From a virus: a DNA stretch of 64,000 nucleotides. The stretch covers positions 32,001 to 96,000 of the IMG/VR virus record IMGVR_UViG_3300030333_006551. One strand, written 5' to 3'. Below the pieces are notes generated by a model that saw only the letters and a program-made list of their open reading frames with translations, did not search any database and had not been told where the DNA came from. The translations under genes and the position numbers were made by a program. This document shows, piece by piece, positions 16,391-25,891 of the stretch; position 1 is the stretch's first letter; every line of letters begins with the position of its first letter.

Positions 16391-16665
16391 TGAACGCATA
16401 CGAAAGAATTTATAGTCTATTAACAGAAGAAGGCAGGTCCAACCCACAACTAGACTATATTCTCAAGTCTAAAGAAAATGTAATGAGTGGAGCTACTAGA
16501 GCATTCCGTAGAGGAGCCACACAAGCTAAGAAGACAGGTAAAGGCAACAGAGGAGAGGATAAAATTCTTAATGTTCCTAGAACCTTTAAAGCAATGTTAA
16601 GAAGAGGTCGTAAGGCTAGACAACAAGGTAAGATGAGAAAATTTGTAAAGGATGTAACACCATAA
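16387..16665 (+). CDS. basic protein, YExIYxxLTE-leader family
   Basis: MNAYERIYSLLTE. Confidence 0.7.
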   Translation: MMNAYERIYSLLTEEGRSNPQLDYILKSKENVMSGATRAFRRGATQAKKTGKGNRGEDKILNVPRTFKAMLRRGRKARQQGKMRKFVKDVTP

Positions 16666-17231
16666 TGAATACATACAAAAAAATTCGCGGCCTCCTAACG
16701 GAGGCGCAAAACATTCCTAGGAGAGGATTTGTGCAACAGCATCGTGATGACACAAGAGGAAAGGGTCAACCAAAAGGAGCTTTCTCTGTGCAAATGGCGA
16801 AAGATGATATGGCTGTTGACGCTGAAAAGGATGCGCTAAAGAAGCAGGATAGAATGAGAAACTTTATTTCTAAGTTGGGTAGCGCGATGTTCAGAACAAA
16901 AAGAAGAGCACACTTGCAAAAAATGAAGGCTGCTGGTATTGCTGATGCTAAGGAGAGTAATATGAAAGGATACGAGAGATTATATGAGATGATTCTTGGA
17001 GAAGGTAAAATGCAATCACGCGATTACGCTGGTCATGAGGGAAGAATGAAGGGTCATATGGCTAGAATCCAAAATGATCCTAGATTTGAAGAGCCTGATC
17101 CTAAAGCAAAAGCCCGAGGTGCAAAGGGTGCCCAAAAAACAAATAAGAAAGGTAAAAGCCAAAGTCGTGGATCGAATCCTCAAGAATATGGCGATTTTGG
17201 TGGTGAAACTAGAGGGGAAACACGAAGGTAA
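16665..17231 (+). CDS. basic protein with two leader motifs
   Basis: MNTYKKIRGLLTE and internal MKGYERLYEMILGE. Confidence 0.7.
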   Translation: MNTYKKIRGLLTEAQNIPRRGFVQQHRDDTRGKGQPKGAFSVQMAKDDMAVDAEKDALKKQDRMRNFISKLGSAMFRTKRRAHLQKMKAAGIADAKESNMKGYERLYEMILGEGKMQSRDYAGHEGRMKGHMARIQNDPRFEEPDPKAKARGAKGAQKTNKKGKSQSRGSNPQEYGDFGGETRGETRR

Positions 17232-17713
17232 TGAAAAACCTTTTAATAGTCTCAACTTTGCTTTTTCTAACTAGTTGTAGCACTATTAAACATGCTATCG
17301 GCGGTGCTGTAGGAGGGGGAGCAGTTGCTGCGTTTATTCCTGAACCTGCGGCTGTAGCTGCTGGTGCTGCTGGAGGCGTGATGGTGACAGAGCTTATTAT
17401 GCCTTCACAAAGTCCTGCTGCTGTAGTTGCTCAAGTAGCAGGTGCAGGTCCTGTACAAGGGACTACTGCTTCTACTTTACACGAAACAGGCGGACTGATT
17501 AAAACAATAGGCTATTGGTATTTAATCCTCTTTGTATTCTTACCTCTCTTTAGTAAGAAAGGTCGGACTTGGTTTAAGAAGTTTGGTTCTATTCATAATA
17601 CTGTATCACAAGCTGATATTGATGCGCGAGACGATGAACAAGATAAAGTTATGAAAGAGAATATAAAGCGTATCGAAGCTTTAGAAGAACTTGCCAAAAA
17701 AATGAGGGGTTAA
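17231..17713 (+). CDS. lipoprotein with glycine-zipper and TM segment
   Basis: LTSC lipobox; GGAVGGG; TM helix; C-terminal coiled coil. Confidence 0.65.
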   Translation: MKNLLIVSTLLFLTSCSTIKHAIGGAVGGGAVAAFIPEPAAVAAGAAGGVMVTELIMPSQSPAAVVAQVAGAGPVQGTTASTLHETGGLIKTIGYWYLILFVFLPLFSKKGRTWFKKFGSIHNTVSQADIDARDDEQDKVMKENIKRIEALEELAKKMRG

Positions 17714-17714
17714 A

Positions 17715-18185
17715 ATGCGCTCTACTTGGCGAGAAACTATTGAACCTAGATTTAATCCTTGTTATCAAAAAGTGGATTCTCAAGCCTGTGCTATTGTATC
17801 TATTTACACTCAAATTATTAACGGTTTAGTTGTTCAAGGAACTGAAATTACTGTTGAAGTTCATAGAGAAGGGAAGTGTACTTGTGAAGGTCCCGAGAGA
17901 AGTGATTTATCCCCTGGATTACCTTTAGATGCTCCATCAAGAACAAAATTGGCCGAATGGTGTTTTTCTTGGACTGATGTTAAAAAGAATGGACAATTTT
18001 GTTCTTGTCCTGATAACTGTAAGGGTGAGTTTCCTATGTCTACCTGGAGTGATACCGTAAGAATTGCGGGTCTTGTGGGAAAAACTTTTGCTGATGTTGA
18101 TAGTACTGGAATAGTGTCTGGTTGGGTTGAGAAACTAGCCAAATTATCTATACCAACTCTCATATGTTGTGAGAACCCCTTATAA
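17715..18185 (+). CDS. Cys-rich hypothetical protein
   Basis: KCTC, CSCPDNC, ICC. Confidence 0.6.
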   Translation: MRSTWRETIEPRFNPCYQKVDSQACAIVSIYTQIINGLVVQGTEITVEVHREGKCTCEGPERSDLSPGLPLDAPSRTKLAEWCFSWTDVKKNGQFCSCPDNCKGEFPMSTWSDTVRIAGLVGKTFADVDSTGIVSGWVEKLAKLSIPTLICCENPL

Positions 18186-18287
18186 CTAAGGGACTATTAA
18201 AAAAATCGGCGGCCCTACGGGCTATGTAAATGTAAAAATAATACGACTGTAATATATCAAGGAAACATATATACAGTAGGTTAGATT

Positions 18288-18449
18288 ATGAACGAAGTTA
18301 GAAAACAACGCACCCTTCCTTTGGCATGGCTTAAAAAAATTACTTGGCCTGAGGATCAGACGGATATTAAGAGAGCTTTTGGTAGTGCAGAATCCGTTGT
18401 ATGGCATGCTATTTATGAATGGCATCCTAGAAGAGCGTCAGGAGGCTGA
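18288..18449 (+). CDS. small hypothetical protein (53 aa)
   Basis: Open frame MNEVRKQRTLPLAW... followed by a hairpin. Confidence 0.4.
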   Translation: MNEVRKQRTLPLAWLKKITWPEDQTDIKRAFGSAESVVWHAIYEWHPRRASGG

Positions 18450-18484
18450 GGGGGCAATTAACCCCTCCAGTTGGAGGAACATTT

Positions 18485-20137
18485 ATGAGTTGGGGAAATG
18501 TAAACGAGAACGCACCTTGGGGCAGTGAAAAGCAAACTACAAGCCCAAATTGGGGTAGTGAAACCGAATCTTTAGGGTGGATTGCAGCAGATGAGCCAGC
18601 CCCAGATAGAACAACAGCTAAAAAATGGTGTTGTTATAAGCATGGTAGATGGGTTGTTGTAGGGTGTGGTCCTGGCATGGGTTGTGGGGGTCCAGGGCCT
18701 ACGGAAGTTAAGTGGGATGAAAGTTGGTACTGTAAAGAGTGCATCCCCAGCGATAATTGCGAATGTGTACATCGTAGTAAAAGTGCTTGCGAAGCTGCCT
18801 GTAAGGAGGAAGATGATGATAGAACACGAATTCCTGATCCTTGGTATGGTGGAGGTTATAGTCCAGACAACTATGAGGATTGGAATTTAGGCTATTGTAT
18901 TCCTTTTAGATGTATGTCCTTAAATGGCGGAACTAATGGGGAAGGATTTAATCCATTTGGAATACATCGCGGTGAGGGGATAGAAGATCTTGAAGCTCAA
19001 CGACAGCATTTGGAAAATCAGATGACAGTTTTACGAGCTTTAATGAGACCAGAAAGCCAGATGAATGAGAGGCCATGCAATCAAGGTTGGCCCAATAGAC
19101 CTCCTGGACAAGGTGTTAATGGAGAGGGCGGTCCTTGTTCCCCTAATGGTTATTATGGTGTGAGAGGCGATCCTGGTCCCGTAGATCCTGGATTAAACCT
19201 GAATGGTACAGCGCATGGCTGCTTACAGATTAGACAACCTTATTGGTTTGATGCTCAAAAGTTTTATGCAAAAAAAATCGGAGCGCCTACAGACTCTCAA
19301 AGGCTAAATGGACCTCCTTCTTGTCCTCAAAGGTATGATTATCCTGATCCTGAAGAAACTAACGGTCGGCCTGAAGGTTATGCGTTTATAGAAGCTTATG
19401 AAATTAGTTGTGGTAAACTATGGAGTGGGGCGTATAAAGATATAAGTCCTAATGCAACCGCAGCGCAGCTTAGATTTGCAATTCCCCCTGGAACATTTCA
19501 TATGCCTTATACTAATCCGAATATTGGCTCCTATAGAAATAGAACCATTCAAGTCCAAAATTGGAATCAAAGGCATGAAAGTTGTGATTTTGTCCCAGGA
19601 CCCTTAGATGCTGCTTGGGTTAATCCTAGAACAGGTAAGGATGGAGATCAATACCCTGTTCCTGAGTATAATGATAATACATACAATGATAAAAAACATT
19701 GGTCTTTCAAAGCAGGTATGGGAGAATGGAGTAAACAGTGCGCTTGTGATTATAGTTTCTGGATTGCTGGTTTATACATGATGGAGTGGGAAGGCGAAGG
19801 GGTTCATCGAGGCATTTCCTATTGGTGGAGTGATCCTGGTAAATTTTCGCCTTCGGATATTGTTAGATATCACCATTTAGGTGGGACGGATGCTAGAAAA
19901 GGCCAACCTTCAGCGGGATGGAACTCTATCGGAAAAGGGAATGATGATTGGCATCAGTGGCAAGCTCTACTACAATACGAAGAAGAAAAATGTGGCGAAG
20001 CTGATCTTACTAGTGATTCTTGGAAAGCTTGCGCGGACGCAGCTAAAGCACAATACTTTGGTAATAGTAGAAGTGAGGATCTTCCTCGGACTCAAGGGGA
20101 GAACTACGGTTCTCTATATAGACCTCACCACCACTAA
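18485..20137 (+). CDS. Cys/Trp/Gly-rich hypothetical (virion?) protein
   Basis: 550-aa ORF; GGAGG RBS; N-terminal Cys cluster. Confidence 0.7.
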   Translation: MSWGNVNENAPWGSEKQTTSPNWGSETESLGWIAADEPAPDRTTAKKWCCYKHGRWVVVGCGPGMGCGGPGPTEVKWDESWYCKECIPSDNCECVHRSKSACEAACKEEDDDRTRIPDPWYGGGYSPDNYEDWNLGYCIPFRCMSLNGGTNGEGFNPFGIHRGEGIEDLEAQRQHLENQMTVLRALMRPESQMNERPCNQGWPNRPPGQGVNGEGGPCSPNGYYGVRGDPGPVDPGLNLNGTAHGCLQIRQPYWFDAQKFYAKKIGAPTDSQRLNGPPSCPQRYDYPDPEETNGRPEGYAFIEAYEISCGKLWSGAYKDISPNATAAQLRFAIPPGTFHMPYTNPNIGSYRNRTIQVQNWNQRHESCDFVPGPLDAAWVNPRTGKDGDQYPVPEYNDNTYNDKKHWSFKAGMGEWSKQCACDYSFWIAGLYMMEWEGEGVHRGISYWWSDPGKFSPSDIVRYHHLGGTDARKGQPSAGWNSIGKGNDDWHQWQALLQYEEEKCGEADLTSDSWKACADAAKAQYFGNSRSEDLPRTQGENYGSLYRPHHH

Positions 20138-20158
20138 ATAAACATAAGGAGATATTTC

Positions 20159-20866
20159 ATGGGATCAACAAGTTTTGGAACTGCTGCTACAACACAAACT
20201 ATGGTTTGTTTTGAAGATAGGTATTGGGAAGGAAGCTGGGAAATTCAACGGCAGTCAGTAATAGATAGAAGAGGTCGAAATGTTATATGGACATACGAGA
20301 TGAAGCTTGAAGGAACATTTCATCAAGAATGTTATTGCGTACCTGGAGATGAGGCAGAGAATCCACAACCACCTAAATGGAAAGATAAAGATGTTTATAA
20401 TGACGTTACAGACGTAGAGTTTGAAGAAGGTTCAAATGAAACTGATCCTTTTGAGGTGGGAACATTAACAACTGCGAAAGGTGAAATACGTTTCCGTCCC
20501 GCTGGTTATCCTAAGCGTAAGGGTGATTGCATTGTACTTCCTGAAAATCCCTATGTTGGCGCTCCAAGAAGAAAAAATTGCAATTGTTTTAAAGATCAAC
20601 GCTGGAATTTCAGGTGGGTGTTTCAAATCGACGAAAATCCAGAAGACCGCTCTCTCCACCGTAGTACTTCAGAACGCGCCAAAAGAAGAATACAGATAAA
20701 AGTTTATGAAGCCAGTAGGGAGGGAGCTGCTGATCTTAGCTCTGAAGCTGCTGATGCTAATGATGATCCTTTTAACCACCCTAATAATGGTGGAAGTTTT
20801 TCTGACCCTAACAGTAATTTCTTAGGTTGTAGCTGTACCGAATTTGTTGATGTTTTCGGAGTTTAG
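20159..20866 (+). CDS. Cys-containing hypothetical protein
   Basis: CTAAATA and AGGAGA upstream; ECYC, CNC, CSC. Confidence 0.65.
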   Translation: MGSTSFGTAATTQTMVCFEDRYWEGSWEIQRQSVIDRRGRNVIWTYEMKLEGTFHQECYCVPGDEAENPQPPKWKDKDVYNDVTDVEFEEGSNETDPFEVGTLTTAKGEIRFRPAGYPKRKGDCIVLPENPYVGAPRRKNCNCFKDQRWNFRWVFQIDENPEDRSLHRSTSERAKRRIQIKVYEASREGAADLSSEAADANDDPFNHPNNGGSFSDPNSNFLGCSCTEFVDVFGV

Positions 20867-20868
20867 AC

Positions 20869-21204
20869 ATGAGTGACTATGTAGTTTTGCAATTTCAAGG
20901 TGGTGGTCCAAGTGAAGCCACAATGATTGATGTTACAGATGCCTATCCTGGTGTAGGTGAGAAAAAAGGCGATAGAATCTCAGAGAAGAGCAATAAACAT
21001 AGACCTTATTCGAATTGGTTAAGTGGCAGATATGAAGGAGGAGCGCAACCCAAAGACATTTTTGGATCGGACTGGAATTCTAATACTTATGAGTATGAGC
21101 AAGGCCCTACAATTTATATTGTAGTTGCAGGAGAAAAAAACAGTAGAAGACGTAGGTTTACTAGAATCAAGGGAACAGGTAGTCATAATCCAAGAGGTAA
21201 TTAA
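20869..21204 (+). CDS. hypothetical protein
   Basis: ORF. Confidence 0.55.
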   Translation: MSDYVVLQFQGGGPSEATMIDVTDAYPGVGEKKGDRISEKSNKHRPYSNWLSGRYEGGAQPKDIFGSDWNSNTYEYEQGPTIYIVVAGEKNSRRRRFTRIKGTGSHNPRGN

Positions 21205-21280
21205 ATTTATAAGTAACAATATTTAGAGCTTGCCTAAATATATTGGTAGGGTGCTTAGAGAAAATTAAATAGGTGTTATT

Positions 21281-21667
21281 ATGGTAGACAAACCAATGGT
21301 TGACAATAAAGGGTATATAGATGTTCAATCTGCTCTCAAATTAAAAGAAGCAGAGGGACGAGTAGAAGTTGATAAGTTAAATGCAGAATCAGATGCTAAA
21401 TTTAGAGAACTATTAATTCGTGAAAGTGCAAAGGAAACAGCTTCAAAACACTTAGCAAAATTTGCAGGGTTTTATTTAACTTTCCTAGTTTGCACATTTA
21501 TTTTTTCAATACAATTTGTTCCCGAAACTAGTATCGCAGTTGTTGCTGGTTTAATTACGCTTGTCGTGACTAATTTATCGACCATTCTTAAAGGAATTGT
21601 TGAGAATGGCGATAAAAACGAAGAAGAGCTTCATGAAGAAGCCAAGAAAAGAGGATATATGAAATGA
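21281..21667 (+). CDS. two-TM membrane protein (holin-like?)
   Basis: Two hydrophobic helices with charged termini. Confidence 0.55.
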   Translation: MVDKPMVDNKGYIDVQSALKLKEAEGRVEVDKLNAESDAKFRELLIRESAKETASKHLAKFAGFYLTFLVCTFIFSIQFVPETSIAVVAGLITLVVTNLSTILKGIVENGDKNEEELHEEAKKRGYMK

Positions 21668-21864
21668 ATTGGTTTTGGGGATTTTGGTTTAAAGATAAAT
21701 TTAGAACACCATTTTCTGTTTATAAAATGAGCTTTGCAGAACTTATTATTTTAGCAGGTATGTTTTTCGGTGTGGGTTATGCTTTAACACTCGGTGTGCA
21801 GAAGTTATTAGACTTACGCACATCTTTTAAAGGAACTGCTGTTGAGGCAGTAGAAGGAGAATAA
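21664..21864 (+). CDS. small membrane protein
   Basis: Single TM segment. Confidence 0.55.
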   Translation: MNWFWGFWFKDKFRTPFSVYKMSFAELIILAGMFFGVGYALTLGVQKLLDLRTSFKGTAVEAVEGE

Positions 21865-21865
21865 T

Positions 21866-22081
21866 ATGAATTGGCAAAATAAATTATACAAGAGTTTAAC
21901 TGAGACTCGTGCTAGGTACGGTGGTATGGTCGGATACTCAGGTGGCGGTGGCAGCAATAAGCCTGGAGTAATCATGAGTATTGAGACCGATAAGGATGGA
22001 AACAAGTTTGTAGTTAAAAAAGATAAAGAAGGAAATGTAGTTAGTAGAAAACCAGCAAAATCATTACCTAAAAAGAAATAA
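21866..22081 (+). CDS. basic protein, MxWxxKL..LTE-leader family
   Basis: MNWQNKLYKSLTE. Confidence 0.65.
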   Translation: MNWQNKLYKSLTETRARYGGMVGYSGGGGSNKPGVIMSIETDKDGNKFVVKKDKEGNVVSRKPAKSLPKKK

Positions 22082-22087
22082 ATTGTG

Positions 22088-22237
22088 ATGCATTGGGAAC
22101 AAAAAATACTTGAAAACATTTTAGATGTAGCTACTAGTAAAAAACCGATAAAAAGATCAAGAGGTTCTATTCGTGACAAGCTATCTCCTACTATGCAAAA
22201 AGTATGGGATAAGGCACAAGCTCGTAAAAAAAATAAA
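22088..22237 (+). CDS. basic protein (49 aa), MxW leader family
   Basis: MHWEQKILE... Confidence 0.6.
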
Positions 22238-22392
22238 TGAAATGGCAACAAAAACTTCTTGAGAGAGTAAAAAATCCCTGGGCTATATGTACAGACTCTG
22301 TTGAGAAAACGGCTGGACCAGGAAGAAAAACCTGGTCAAAAGCCGCAAAATCTCGTTATGAGAGATGTGTTAAAAAAGTGAAAGCAAAATGA
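22237..22392 (+). CDS. basic protein (51 aa), MxW leader family
   Basis: MKWQQKLLERVKNPWAICTDSV...RYERCVKKVK. Confidence 0.65.
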   Translation: MKWQQKLLERVKNPWAICTDSVEKTAGPGRKTWSKAAKSRYERCVKKVKAK

Positions 22393-22721
22393 ATTGGAAA
22401 GATAGATTATTAACTGAGATTACAAAAGCGGAAGAACAGCCAGAAAGAAAAATGTCAGGAGCTACACGCGCATATAAGAGAGCTTTTTCTAAATCTTGGA
22501 AACAAGGAGGGAAAGCAGGAAAACTTGTTTACAAGGCAGGCGAGGGAGAAAAGTCAGGAAGCTATATAGGAAAATTGCATGCCGCTACTATGCGAACGGT
22601 GGCTGACAGATTAAGAGCACAATCAACAAAAAATTTAGACACTGCGATTAAATTGAGACCTCTTATACCTCAATCAAGAACAAGACAGCAAATAAGATCA
22701 AGAGATGTTAAGTTACGATAA
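22389..22721 (+). CDS. basic protein, MxW leader family
   Basis: MNWKDRLLTE; shares MSGATRA with 16387 ORF. Confidence 0.65.
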   Translation: MNWKDRLLTEITKAEEQPERKMSGATRAYKRAFSKSWKQGGKAGKLVYKAGEGEKSGSYIGKLHAATMRTVADRLRAQSTKNLDTAIKLRPLIPQSRTRQQIRSRDVKLR

Positions 22722-22964
22722 TAGTTGGAGTCAGGACAATAATATGCCAATAAGAATGCGAATAGAGATTGCTTTATCTGATTTAATAAACAATTGTATT
22801 TCATTAGAAAAGAAGCTAAAAGAAGAAGGCTTCATTACTAAATAAAATAGAGGATTATTATGAAACTAAAAAGATTTATGATTCCCCGAGTAGCCAATTG
22901 CTGAAAGGGAGCATAGTTGTTTAGTTAAACAATAATTTATATTAGTTTTTGTCTATTTTAACGC

Positions 22965-22971
22965 CTAAATA
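22965..22971 (+). promoter_or_regulatory. representative late-promoter-like motif CTA(A/G/T)ATA
   Basis: Also at 6834, 15612, 20134, 21234, 22838, 23889, 27607, 35639; TATAAATA at 42761; resembles T4 gp55-type late promoters. Confidence 0.55.
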
Positions 22972-22992
22972 AAATAGATATGGAGATAACAC

Positions 22993-23859
22993 ATGACTAG
23001 CACAAAGACAGCAGCACCATTTTATAAAGCATGGCCTGGAGGAGTAGATCAGACAACGCAGTCTCTTGCGACTTCTGGTGATACTTCGGGTCTTGGGGAT
23101 CTTTCTGGTCCTTGGTTTATTGAGACACAATCATTAAATTATAACTACTTACGAGTTCCTATTGGAAGTGTATCTTCTATGTCAGTAGGATTAAGCAGCA
23201 TAACTATGGAAGGAAAAATTGATAAAACTGTCCTTCTTATTATTGCTGATTGTAACTACACCGCAGTAAGCAGTAATACCTTTTTTGCAACTTCAAGCTT
23301 CCAGCAAGCGCAAGATTTTATTGTGCAATCCGTGAGTGCAGACGCTAACGGGGAAACATACGGAAGTTCACTAGCTGTGGGTGCTTTTGGTCCCAGGGGT
23401 CGTGTAATTACAGACCATCCATACTACTCAAGAAAGCCTTATGTGGAGGGTAGGGATATTATACAAACTCAAAGTTCTAGAGGAGCAATGAATTTTGTAG
23501 CCGTTTCTGTTTCCTCAAATAACGGAGTTTCAATCCCTGTTATTTTAAATGAGTATCAGTCACTAGAGGATCTTATGACGCCTGAACATGCACATTCTTG
23601 GAACACTATGATGGGCGCAAAAGGCACTCTTCTTGGTGTTGAATCACAACCTCAACTTGGTCTCAAGTTTGGTGGATATAGTGTACAGTTAGATACAATT
23701 GACGATGTTCGTGTTACAACAGATGAAATTGGAAGATTATTTAAAGATGGGCACTTAACAGATGGCGCAGGTAGACCAGCAGGTACTGAACATCATGGCG
23801 CTGGAATGCATAATGTTTCGGTTAATATGTATGATTATACACATCACAACTGGACATAA
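22993..23859 (+). CDS. virion protein paralog 1 of 4
   Basis: Shared SGP..IETQSL..RVP, SVSAD..G.TYG and C-terminal HxW motifs. Confidence 0.7.
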   Translation: MTSTKTAAPFYKAWPGGVDQTTQSLATSGDTSGLGDLSGPWFIETQSLNYNYLRVPIGSVSSMSVGLSSITMEGKIDKTVLLIIADCNYTAVSSNTFFATSSFQQAQDFIVQSVSADANGETYGSSLAVGAFGPRGRVITDHPYYSRKPYVEGRDIIQTQSSRGAMNFVAVSVSSNNGVSIPVILNEYQSLEDLMTPEHAHSWNTMMGAKGTLLGVESQPQLGLKFGGYSVQLDTIDDVRVTTDEIGRLFKDGHLTDGAGRPAGTEHHGAGMHNVSVNMYDYTHHNWT

Positions 23860-23923
23860 TAATTTACACAAAATAAAGCTAGACAACACTAGATATATTA
23901 GGAGAACAATTTAGGAGACTTTC

Positions 23924-24766
23924 ATGGTATCACCACTAATTAGAACCTCAGCCCCTACAAACGCCACTGGAGCAGGTTTATTTATGAGTTCGGGCATTGG
24001 ACCTGTTTCTGGTGTTTCTGGCGTTGGAGCATTTTCAGGTCCTTTCCTTATTAAGGAGCAATCATTAAACTATGATTATGTTAGAGTTCCTTATGGTTAC
24101 TTAAGTAGCGTTGTTTTAAGTTTAAGCGGTTCAACCTGGACAGCAACTAATACAGGTTCTGTTCTTATGATTAGAGCTACCGCAAATGTAAATACAAGAA
24201 AAAGCTATGAGTGGTTTGAGACATCATCTTTTGTCCAAGGACAAAGATTCTCTATAGAAGCTGCAAGTGCGGATTCTCAAGGGAACACTTATTGTAACCA
24301 AACTCCATCCGATTGTGGGTTATCAGTGTTCTCCAGCACTTATGGTCCTGTTGGTAGAGTTTATACTAGCCAAAAATACTATAAGAGAGAGCCTTGGATT
24401 GAAGGGCAACACGAAGAATATGATGATACTGTTGTAGGTTATAATTATCAAGCTTACAATGATAATGAAGGCGTTCCTGTAGTAGGGAGTGTGAGAAATC
24501 CTGTAGATGCAGAATTTGTTTGGGGAGATTTTAAATCCACTTTTGCTACGGATACCATTGATGGAGAGTCAGGGTATACAGCACAGATGTGGACAGAAAT
24601 TGCATCTAAAACAGGCCCTTATTCCTACGGTCAGGATCTTGTAGATGATGTAATTTTAGGAACAGATGCAATTGGCGATGCTTTAAATTTAGGTGGATTG
24701 TTTTCTCAAACAGGTGAACAAGTCGCATTATTCAATTATCGTTGGTTACGACACGATTGGACTTAA
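23924..24766 (+). CDS. virion protein paralog 2 of 4
   Basis: Same shared motifs. Confidence 0.7.
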   Translation: MVSPLIRTSAPTNATGAGLFMSSGIGPVSGVSGVGAFSGPFLIKEQSLNYDYVRVPYGYLSSVVLSLSGSTWTATNTGSVLMIRATANVNTRKSYEWFETSSFVQGQRFSIEAASADSQGNTYCNQTPSDCGLSVFSSTYGPVGRVYTSQKYYKREPWIEGQHEEYDDTVVGYNYQAYNDNEGVPVVGSVRNPVDAEFVWGDFKSTFATDTIDGESGYTAQMWTEIASKTGPYSYGQDLVDDVILGTDAIGDALNLGGLFSQTGEQVALFNYRWLRHDWT

Positions 24767-24778
24767 TAGGAGATTTAT

Positions 24779-25888
24779 ATGGCAACATTAGTTAGAACAC
24801 CTGTAGCAAAAAAAATAAACGCAGCGTTTTCCCCTGGATTTTTAACTTTTTCCAGTACAGGACCTGTCTCTGGTGTTTCTGCTGTTGGGTATTTTTCTGG
24901 TCCACACTATGTTGAGACACAAACTTTAGAGATTTCCTACAAAAGAGTACCACGATTTAAATTTGATCATGAAACTTTAAATTTAAGTTCAGTTACACTT
25001 TCTCCTCATTACTTGGGTACACATTTGTTACTAAAAATCAGACCCAGAGTAACAAAAGAAAAAGTTTATGATTGGTATGAAACTTCTTCTTATACACAGC
25101 CACAAAGATTTACGGTTTATTCAGTAAGTGCAGATGATCAGAGTGGTCAAACTTATGGAACTCCAGCCGCTGGGACACTTTCTGTTAAAGGAGATATATT
25201 AACAACTCAGCCTTGGTATTTTAGAAGACCATGGACAACTAAAGATGATACTGATAGTGCAACTTGGACAACTAACGGGGTCGTAACTCCCCAGAGATAT
25301 GCAGAAGCATTAAGACCCCATCCAAACCATCCAGGGTATACAGGACTTCCTGGAGTTACAAGTCCAGGCTACGCACTCCAAGCATTTAGCTATAGACCTT
25401 TTGCTAATGATATGACAACCGATTGCTATAAAGATGCTTTAATTGGTCCTGAGTACCCTAACTCTACGCATCCACCATTCTTTGATGTTGTCGGTTTAAC
25501 TAATGTTAATTTTTGGCATACTATTGCGGGTGAAACATTAGGAGACTCCGAAGTTCAAACCACATACGGCACTCCTACCAGGTCTGGGGATGACACATGT
25601 CTTCCTCCAGGTCAGATGGGGCCAACTTTTAGAGCGAATGCTATTGTAGATAACCATATGCTTGGTAATAAATTAGGAGCCTACAGTAGTGAACAAGATA
25701 ACACGGCAGATGTACAAATACTAGTTGACGGTATTGCTGATATTATTGCAAAACAATGGAATGATGGTTCTGTAGCTTTTGAATCTAATTACTTTGTTGG
25801 TCCTTTGTTACAACAACCTTACACTGGGCGTTGGCAAAGTTTAACAAATACTGAATATAGTAAATCAAGACATTATTGGGGTAATTAA
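24779..25888 (+). CDS. virion protein paralog 3 of 4
   Basis: Same motifs; ends RHYWGN. Confidence 0.7.
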   Translation: MATLVRTPVAKKINAAFSPGFLTFSSTGPVSGVSAVGYFSGPHYVETQTLEISYKRVPRFKFDHETLNLSSVTLSPHYLGTHLLLKIRPRVTKEKVYDWYETSSYTQPQRFTVYSVSADDQSGQTYGTPAAGTLSVKGDILTTQPWYFRRPWTTKDDTDSATWTTNGVVTPQRYAEALRPHPNHPGYTGLPGVTSPGYALQAFSYRPFANDMTTDCYKDALIGPEYPNSTHPPFFDVVGLTNVNFWHTIAGETLGDSEVQTTYGTPTRSGDDTCLPPGQMGPTFRANAIVDNHMLGNKLGAYSSEQDNTADVQILVDGIADIIAKQWNDGSVAFESNYFVGPLLQQPYTGRWQSLTNTEYSKSRHYWGN

Positions 25889-25891
25889 ATT

